DNA from: Lama guanicoe
Lineage: Eukaryota
Reading direction: 5' to 3'
Length of the DNA: 64,000 nt
Assembly (NCBI GenBank): GCA_013239625.1
Contig: MU056050.1
Span: forward strand, 6,341,715-6,405,714
Shown: in pieces, positions 54,901-64,000 of the stretch
How positions within the stretch are numbered: position 1 is the stretch's first letter
Layout of the letters: each line of letters begins with the position of its first letter
Notes under the pieces: model-generated
Told to the model about the DNA's origin: nothing
Databases searched by the model: none
The model's input: only the letters and a program-made list of their open reading frames with translations
Made by a program: the position numbers and the translations under genes

Positions 54901-57205
54901 CAATAAGCCTTTGTCTCTTACTACTCTCCGAGATTCTAGAGGCGGAAGATCTTGGGCACCAAGTATTCCATAGTGGTTGGAAAAGTCATGCCACAGGAAG
55001 GGTCTGCTGCAGAATTTCGAGGCTGTTGGCATGAAAAAGTTGTTTCTAGTGCGAAAGGAAGAGAGTTTCCTAATCCCTCCCTTAACCATACCCTACACAG
55101 CAAGATACTTTTAGACTTACATTGCCAAGCCAAAGTTACCATATTTTGGTGTTTTTGTGTTCTCTCTTTCTAAGGCGAAGAGCTCTGTATTGACACATCT
55201 GGGGATGTGTGTGTTGCCCTCCTGGCCAGCCGTCCTGACTGCCCTCAGCACCCTAGGCCTAGATTCTGAGCTGTCCCCATTCTAGGCCTACAAGCACTAC
55301 TTGCTGTCGCTCAGACTTGTCTGTAGTCCTGCGTCTGATGCACTTTGGCCCCACCCCGCTCCGATCACCCCTTTGCACGCTACTTCGCTAATACTATCAT
55401 GTCAAAGGGAGTCTGGGTGAGGCTAGTGACTCCTTGTGTCCCCAGCAGTGAGTTAACCATCTCTGTGTGGTCGGTACATGAATTTGTGTGTTGCTACTAC
55501 AGTGGCATCTGTATATTTCTGTAACATTGGCCTTTTATGGATCTGCGATGGGTGGAACCATATTCTCTTGGCTTAGGCCACACTTGGTAGCAGAACATTC
55601 GGGACTATTAGAGATGATATCCCATTGATGTGAGAGGCTCACAGTCAGAGTGGAAGCACTGTGAGTATGGCAAGAGTGAGAATATTCATGTTTGACAGGT
55701 CCTGCTTCCTACCATCCCTTTCTGTTCTTACTCAAATGTTACACAAGAACCAATCCTGGGTGTCTGGGGAACCCACCCCCCGCTTAGAACTCCACCTCCG
55801 GGGCGGCGCTTGTACCACAGTCAGACAGGGAGTCGGTCCCTCAAGTGTGCCTCTCTAAATGCTGCTCCTTCCCCCAGCAAGGGTACCAGGGTCACCCTGA
55901 GAACCCCCTCTCTGGTCTCCGGAAGTACCAGGGGGCAGATGTCACCCCCTCCCTCATCAGGACCCACTCTGGGCTCTATAGCCAGCTCCCTTTGGCTCCC
56001 AGTCAGTGAAAGGAGACTGCAGTGGGACGAACCAAGCACCTTTCTCTCCCGCCCGAGACAACCCTCTGAGCTTGTCATTTACTCAAGCTCCTGTGGGGCA
56101 GCCCTCTTTTTAAAAATTCATCTCTGTTGGTTGGGAAACCAGTCACCAGCCAATGATTGCAAAACTGCTTGATGCAGTTGGCTTCCTCCTGGTTTTCTTT
56201 CATCAAAACCGCCCTGAGTTGGCTCATTCTTACATGTTAACATTAAATCCAAGGAGCCCCACGGATAGGCTCTCTTGTGCAGTCTTGGGCATTGAATCCT
56301 GACTCTTCTAGAGCATCGAGGGAGAGAGCCAGGGAAACACCACCACTGAGTAACCAGTTCTCCAATTCCCCCAGCTCTTATGCATTGAGCTCTTTGGGGG
56401 TAAGAAAAGGTATGTATCCTGTGATATTCTGGTCAAATCCTTTCCTGTTTGGGAGTTATGGAAGTAGGAGTCAAGTTATTGGTGCCAAATAGCTGCCGAT
56501 GTAATAGGTCGGGGGCAGGAGGCTGAGCTTAGTTAATGGCAGACTGAGAAGAACACTTTTGTCGTCTCCACTAGGCTGGAAAGGAATCGCAGGAGAGGCC
56601 GATGATAGAAGCTGGGCAAGTCTGTAACACAGACACAGGGAAATGCCTGTCCTGGACACATTTTCCAGTCTGTTGCCACCTGGGAGCTTAGTGGGGGCTG
56701 TGGGCAGCACCCTAGCTCGCTCTTCTTAAGGCAGGTGCACTCGGTTGGTTTGCTGCCTCAACCTCTTTTCCAGCTCTGGTCCTGAGATGTACAGAGGGTT
56801 GAGGGTTTTAGACAATCTCTAGGGGAAGGAGACAAGAAATAGAGCGGACATATGAAATCTGCTTCCCTCCTGTGCCTCCTCCAGCACCCCAACCTCTAAG
56901 TCCTGAGTACCTCTGATGTACCATTTCATAGCTCCTCTGAAGGCAGGAGTTCAGCTCCAACTGATAGGGAAGGACTCTGCATCTGTCATTTTAGGGAAGA
57001 ATGGTTCAGCCCCATGTGGTGATGTGGCATTAGTCTCCCTTTCACTGTTTCCTGATTCTTTTTCTTTAATTGTTTGTTATATTTCCCCAAAATGTCTTGG
57101 TCACTAAGCAAAGCTGCTAGTGGGATTCTGTATTTCGTGTCATCTTTTTTTTATTATAATTTATTGCAGATTTTTTTCTGAATAAATATATGTTGTGTGA
57201 AAACT
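54901..57205 (+). other. OCRL: Probable OCRL 3' UTR (~2.3 kb)
   Basis: Repeat-poor sequence from the stop codon to AATAAA at 57181, which follows a U-rich tract. The end is approximate. Confidence 0.7.
57181..57186 (+). terminator. Polyadenylation signal AATAAA
   Basis: Canonical hexamer with upstream U-rich element and downstream TG-rich sequence; a second AATAAA lies at 57383. Confidence 0.7.
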
Positions 57206-59464
57206 CAAAGTGTGACTGATCCTAGGAAGAGCCGAGGAGGGGGCTTGTGTAACGGGGACCCACTTGACTGCCGCGTTCCCCACAGCTCCGCCTATGCTGT
57301 CTTGTCCTGCCTCACAGGGAACTGTCAGAAGAATTTCAGTATTTTGCCCTTGGAGAGGAGTAACCACATGTTTTCAAAGGCTAATAAACAAGTCCCAAGG
57401 CTTTTGGAGGCCAGCCAAGGATCCTTATTTCAGCCCTGGGGATTCAGGCAAGAAAATAACACTATTAGGAGAAAAGATGTTGATTCTTAATGCACATAAA
57501 TGTCACACTGGGTCAGATCCATGATCACTGCAGCCCTAGAAATCTGACAGACTCTGCTGGACACATTTCGGGAGAACCCAGTCGCCCCTGCCAACACAGC
57601 CTCAATGCTACCCTTGCCTCCCAAAGAATGTTTTCACGTCATTCATTTTGCAACTTTTGAAAAATCAGTTTTGAATTTGTATTACCTTTTGGGGTGACAA
57701 AGTCCGTAAATTTAGTACATTTGGGGGGCTCTCATCTGAACTCTAACGCTTTAAGAGGAAACCCCTCATTTCGGCATGGTGCCTCTGCTCCCCTGCTGGC
57801 CTCTAGTGTGAATTTGGACGTTCTAATCCCTTTCCCTTTGAGACGGATGAGGCCTCGGTTGGAGGGTTCTTCCCATCCGGGGCCCTCTTCCAGTTCCTTC
57901 TGACTGTGAGCTTGACCCTGATGCATGTGCTGATTCAGTGTTGTCGTGAGCCGTTTTTCTAGCCCCACCCAAAGCCTTGGCAGAGGAAGGTATTTCCTTT
58001 TGCGCCTGATTCCCCGCAGTGAACGAGACCGATGGCAGCCGTGTTTACACAGCAGCAGGCAGCGTGACAGAGCGGCCTCAGCCCCCTTCCTTGAGGTTAG
58101 AAACTGTCCCCCGCTGCTGTAACAGGACAACCCTGAGGGCCTTCGTGGCCGCAGGACAAGTTGGAGACCTGGCTCTTGGTGTAGGCTAGTCATCTGAAGC
58201 CACACACCGCCACAGCGACACCATCGCACAGCGTTAGGGAGAGAACCTGAGTGGTGCTCTAATCCAATCCCGTTGTTCTGATGCACAGAGTTGGGATCAG
58301 AGGGAACAATGAGTGACTTAATGTCACTCGGGTTAGTGATACGGCATGGCACAGTGGAGAAAAGAGCTTAAGCTTTGCCGTTAGACCTAGTTCGTTTTTC
58401 CAACTTTTTATTACAAAATTTTGAAAGAAAGATACAGCAAACACCCTATACCCTTAACCTGTGCTCACCAACTGTTAACATTTTGCCACAACTGCCTTAT
58501 GTCAGAGAGGCCTGGTTTTAGATCTAGGTTCTGCCACCGCTTCCTTGTGTGTGATCTGGGACTGGCTAACCTCTAGTCTCCTGGCCTACAAAGTGGAGTG
58601 GGCATAGCGCTGATCGTATATGACAACTACGTCAGTCTCATCACTGCCATCTTAAAAACCCTTCAGTGACTTCCCAGTGCATTTAAGAAGAAAATCCAGG
58701 CTTCCCCAGGTCCTGCATTATTAAATGAGAAAGAAACGAAGTGGCGCGCATGGGACCTGACGCATCGTGTAGATGTTAACCTGTCCCTGCCCCCTGACAC
58801 CCTGCTGTCCACCATACAGTATGGCGTGGTCTTGGCCACACTGCCGAAGGCTTTACAGCTCCCATTTGATGTTAGCAACCTCATCAGCCAGGTAAAATCA
58901 GACCCCGTGGTCAGCCTGCTCCACCACCCTCCTTCCCCCAACCACAGACACCATGGCACCACTTTCCATATTTCTATATTTCAGAGTTTCGCCACAAATC
59001 ATTTTGGGAGTAGCGGGGGAAGTGTAAGTTAAAGGATGAATAATGAGGTGCCAACACCAGCAGGTGACACCCAGCTGCAGTCGAACCTCGAGCCTCAAGA
59101 ACCCCGTCGGCCTCCCTTTGCTCATTCCTACGCCTTAGTCCTTTTTCTGCCTGCTCCACAGATAAACCCCCCCTCCAGTTGCCACCTTCACTGCTCCTCA
59201 CCTGAATTGATTCTTTCCCAACCAGTGCTACCTCTGCCTTGCCTCTGTGCTGTGGAAGCTGCTCCCATGCCCGATTCCCTTGGAGGAGACGAGGGCCTTG
59301 CCTGTTCCTTGCTCACACTTTGAAGCCGTGGTCCTGTGCCCCATCTTCAGTTCAGATGAGTGCTTCTCAGCCTTGGTACTGATTAGAATCATCTGGAGCG
59401 CGTTTCTCAAAGTGTTGGCCCCAAACCAGCATTACCTGAAAACCAGTCATAATCACTGTTTCTT

Positions 59465-59556
59465 GGGAGGAGGGTATAGCTCAGTGGTAGCGAGCATGCT
59501 TAGCATGCATGAAGTCCTGGGTTCAATCCCCGGTGCCTCCATTAAAAAAAGAAAAA
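59465..59556 (+). mobile_element. Vic-1-like tRNA-Ala SINE
   Basis: gggtatagctcagtggtagcgagcatgcttagcatgcatgaagtcctgggttcaatccccggtgcctcca followed by an A tail. Confidence 0.9.
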
Positions 59557-60024
59557 CACTAAATCAGTGAGTTTTATCCCTGGCTGCATAACCTGGGGTA
59601 CGTAATAAAATACCAACGCCTGGGCTCTGCCTTGGACTCTTCAAATGCCGACCAGTCCCCCTTCCCCGCCCACTGCCACTATACTCTGACACTGAACTTT
59701 CACCCCTCCCAGCGAGCTATGCTTTTCCCCACCTCAGGGCCTTTGCATATGCTGTTCTCTCTGCCCAGAAACCCCCTTCCTCACACCCTTCAGAATGCCT
59801 CAGCCTCCGTCTTTGTCATCCCTAACCTGGAGTCATCCCCCTCCCCGTCCCATTCACTCTCTTTGCTCCCATTCCTGGGCTTCCTGGCACAGCATGCTGG
59901 CTGACAGACTGCCGCAGGGCCTGTTATGTACCACTCATTACACAATCCTCCTCCTCATCTTGTGCTGTCCCTTCATAGACCCATGCCTCAGGGACCAGGG
60001 AGGCAGGAGATTGTAATGGTGCTT

Positions 60025-60250
60025 CACACAGTTTCCAACAGACAGACTGCCAGGGTTCAAACCCCAGATCTGCCGTGTCCTAGATGTCTGACCGTGGGAA
60101 AAAGTTAATTGGCCTCTCTGGACCTCAGTTTCCACATTTTAAAATGGAAGTAATAAGAATGCCTGTCCTCATAGGATTGTCATGAGATGACATCAGCTAA
60201 TACGTTTAAAGGGCTTGGAGCCATGCTAGATAAATGGCAGCTAGCATAAT
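60025..60250 (+). mobile_element. MIR SINE
   Basis: cctctctggacctcagtttccacattttaaaatggaagtaata. Confidence 0.7.
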
Positions 60251-60479
60251 TATTCCAAAACCCTCCACCAGCCTCAAGGCCCAGACCCCTCTTCTGCTGC
60301 CATCAGCTCTCAGCAGGTGCCTGCACCCTTTACTTTGTGAAAATGTCAAAGCAGTCAGCCGAAGCAGCCCTCTCAGAGCCCTACCCTGCGTATCAAAATG
60401 TCTCCAGCTTTCCCTCTTCCCACCCTCACCGGACTTGTCCCCACCGCCATCACCTCTCCTTTTGCATCTTAAACATCAG

Positions 60480-61070
60480 CCATTCATTCAACAAGAATTT
60501 ATTGCGTCTCCTGTGCACTGGGTGCTGTTCAAGGTGCTGAGGATATGGAAGTCAACACGGTCCAGTGGCTGCTGTCACGGAGCTTTCACTAGAAGGTCGG
60601 GCGGGGTGGGGTAGACATAAGAATAAACTGTGCACAGGTAACTGGAGGTCATGACAAGTGCTCTGGAGAGAATAAAGCAGGGTGATGTGCCAGAGGGTGC
60701 GGCAAGGAGACTTGGTCAGGGATGGTCACTTTGAGGAGGTGATGTTTGAGCTAAGACTTAAATCTCAGGAAGCCACAAGATGCTGGATTTCGATTTGAAT
60801 GATGATTACACAGTATATACACCAACCCCCAGACACGAGAAAAGCTAGCCACACAAGATCTAGCAAAGAAACATTCAAAGCAAAGGAAAGAGCAAACGCA
60901 AAGGCCCTGGGGCAGCAAAGCTGAGTTTGCAGACAGCCAGGCAGAGCACAGTACAGGTTGGTGCTGGATGAGAGGTAGGCAGGGAGGGACCTGATCACGT
61001 AGGAGCCCGGGGCAGGAAGCTGCCTTTTATTCACTCTGCAGCAGGAAGCTGTGGATGGAGTCGCATGACT
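60480..61070 (-). mobile_element. L2 fragments
   Basis: cattcattcaacaagaatttattg...gaggaggtgatgtttgagctaagac...gcaaaggccctggggcag. Confidence 0.65.
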
Positions 61071-62744
61071 CATGCTCCTTCTCCTACCCTTAATAATAGT
61101 AATAATAATGAATACCTGTAGTTATCATTTTTCCCAGTTGTACAAATACATTTAACCTCGCCTTTAGCCTTGACAACCACTTGATAGACTACTAATTGAC
61201 ACTGCTTTCATAGGTGAAAAAAACTGAGGCTCAGGGAGACTACCTAACTTGGTACTCAGCTAGTGGCGGGCCAGAATATGATCCCAGACCAAAATTTGTG
61301 CTCTTAAACACAGCCACTATCTCCCCAGCTGGACTGAGGGTGAAGGTGAGGATGTGCCTTAAAATTCCTCTCTCTTCTAGCTATATCCCAAGGTTTCAAT
61401 CGGCTGGATAACCAGCCAGTAGCTCAGATTCAACCTGACTTTGACCCTGACCAGCTTCTCCTGGCATCCCCCTCTCTCCCAGCACCCAGGCTTGAGCCCT
61501 TGGTTATCTTTGGCTCCTGCCCCACTTCTAATCAGTCACCAACGACAAGCCAACATGTGTTAATCAAACACTTGCTAAGTGTAGGCCACAATGCAAGGTT
61601 CAGAAGGAAACCAAAATGAGTAAGACTGGTCATCATAAGATGTATATATAATATTTAACAAAAAAAAAGGAAGAGGGAAGGAGAAAGGAAAGGGAAGGAA
61701 GGACGTCCAGGAAGGGGAAGTGGGGGAAAGGGAAAAGGTGTGATGGGACATCCACAGAAAAGGGGCCAAGGTCAAGTCACTCACAATCCCCTCCATCCAG
61801 CACACCCCCACCCCCTGCCTTTCCGCTGCCCACGTCCCATGCCCCACCATTGAATTCAAACCCTCATCACCTCAGGCTTCGGGTAGCCCTCTTAACCCTT
61901 TTCTGTCTAATTTGTCAGTGGCCAATATCTCTCCCTTTCAGTCCATCCTACACACATCACACCCAGGCTTATCTTCCCAACACACTGCTTTGATGTCATT
62001 CCCTAAGTCAAAACCCCTCCGGCCCCTCACCACCACTTACCACCAAAGTGCCAATGCTTCAGTCTGGCATTAAAGCTCTCAGTCTCTCCTGCAGGATCTC
62101 CCACTCTTGACCTTCTCATGCCCTCCCCTCCCCTAAACTCACAGATAGTCTCCTCTTTGGCTCGGTCTGTACCATCCACCTGGAACCTCTAGCCTCTACC
62201 ACTCCACCCACCCAAACCCTATCAAACCCAATGTCACCTCCACCTGGAAGCCTTTCCCCAGGACTTCTGCCTCCTATGAACCCTTAGAACCTTCCCTTTA
62301 TACCACTATTTTAACACACTGCACACCAAAGGGTGTTGTTGCCACTCTGGGACCAGAAGTTTCATGAGAGTGGGGGGTTCCCCCAAACTAAGCTAGGCAT
62401 ATTTTGGATTTCCCCACACTGCCTCACAGAGAGCAAATGCTCAACAATATTTGGTTAACAACTATTGTCCCTCAAAGCACTTAAATACATAAGTCTGGAT
62501 ATGATAGGTGTTCCTGAAATATGAAATGTATATACATTTAATTGTTCACATTGAGCTCTGTTAACTTTAGAGGAGTTCATGTGTGTGTGTGTGTATGTAC
62601 TTAGTAAATTATATTAATGTAGTCCAAGAAGATAATAGCTTTTAGCAGCCATCCAGTAGTATTTTCTATTGTTTTGTAGGGCAATAAAACCAGCCTTGCT
62701 GAATTTGCTTCCTAAAAGTGATTCTCAAAGGTCCTCCAAAATTT

Positions 62745-63275
62745 CAAAATGCCACTTCTGGGTATAGATCCAAAAGAATTGAAAACGGACTTAAACAGGT
62801 ATTTGCACACCCGTCAGTCACAATAGCCAAAACACAGAAGCAACCCAAGTGTCCATTGACAGATGAACAGAGAAGCAAAGTGTGGTATATGCATGCAGTG
62901 AAATATTACTCAGCCTTCAAAATGAGGAAATTCTGACACATGGTACAATATGAACAAACTTTGAGGACATTCTTCCAGGTGAAGTAAGCCAAGCATAAAA
63001 ACACAAATACTGCATAATTAGATTTATATGAGACACTGACAGTTGTCAGATTATAGACATGGAAAGCAGAACTGTGGTTGCCGGGGGGCTGAGGGGAGGT
63101 GGAATGGGAAGTTGTTTAATGGGGGCAGAACTTCAGTTTCACAGATGAAAACATTTTGGGGACCTGTTGCACACTACTGAATCGTGCATTTAAAAATCAA
63201 CCATTCAAAAGGGAAAAAAAAAAAGAACCAGCAGTGGTAAATTTTATGTCAGATTTTTTACCACAATTTCAAAAA
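62745..63275 (+). mobile_element. L1MB-like 3' end
   Basis: ccacttctgggtatagatccaaaagaattgaaaac...aagcaacccaagtgtccattgacagatgaa...ttttaccacaattt. Confidence 0.85.
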
Positions 63276-64000
63276 TTTTAATGAAAATTAGTGATTCTCA
63301 AAAGGCAAATTTGACCACAACACCCCCCTGCTTAAAACCCTTCGGTGGCTCTCCGGAATTCTTCCTGGGACCCACAAGGCCCCAGGGGTCTAAGTGTCGC
63401 TGACTCCAGCCTCCGCCCACATCCTGCCACCCCCATTCTCTTGGCTTCAGCCATGTGGGGCTTCTGTCCTGGACTGCTCTCGGCTCCTACTCCCCACAGA
63501 GCCAACTCCTCCTGTGCTCGGCTCTCCTCACACCCTCTCCTCTCATCCAGTGCACTCACCACAGCTCCTAATTACACATTTATTATTTGATCAAGGTCAC
63601 TCTCTCCCACCAACTCAGGAACTCTGCGGAGGCAGAGACCACAATCTTTTTAAAAATTTACTTACTATGGTGTCTCCAGCGCATAGCCTATTGCCTGGCA
63701 CCCGGTAGTCTGTGTCATCTTAAACGTTGGTGTTGGCAAAGGTGAGGGAAAGTAGGCGTGTCTGCCGCTTGTCAAAGGGTAAATGAGTTATCACCATGCT
63801 TGAAGCAATATGGCAATGGGTATCGAGAGCCTGGAAGCATTCATAGTGGTAATTCTGCTGCCAGGAAATGATCCTAGCGGAGCACAAAGGTGTAGGTCCA
63901 CGGAGGCTCAGCCTAGCATCATTCATTAGGACAAAAAACTGGAAACTGTCTACATAGCCTTCCATACTGGAAGCTGAGTCAACACATTGCAGATTGGTAT

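Noticed and set aside
57780..57812. CTCF-like motif on the minus strand (CCAGCAGGGGAGC)
   Set aside because: It mismatches the conserved GGC core end and cannot be supported without a PWM scan or ChIP data.
57732..58352. 206-aa minus-strand ORF downstream of OCRL
   Set aside because: No recognisable homology or exon structure; a moderately GC-rich region where long frames occur by chance.

Overview
Mammalian genomic DNA, very probably from a camelid (several tRNA-Ala-derived SINEs of the camelid Vic-1 type). The window holds one complete + strand gene, OCRL (inositol polyphosphate 5-phosphatase, the Lowe/Dent-2 gene, X-linked in placental mammals). I assembled 24 coding exons by hand (11405..54900, 2706 nt = 901 aa + stop) with consistent phases. 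It has a CpG-island promoter near 11.1-11.8 kb and a likely polyA signal at 57181. The rest is intronic or intergenic DNA rich in L1, L2, MIR, MER and LTR remnants. Repeat family names and boundaries are from visual recognition and are approximate. I found no convincing new multi-gene system. The most unusual observations concern splicing: (1) intron 1 looks U12-type and lacks an AG at the expected acceptor (GT-AT, or an in-frame AG 9 nt downstream); (2) a degenerate tandem copy of exon 16 lies 48 nt upstream of the real exon with an acceptor, a donor and an in-frame stop; (3) there is a canonical U12 intron 21; (4) there is a 24-nt microexon with upstream UGC motifs.
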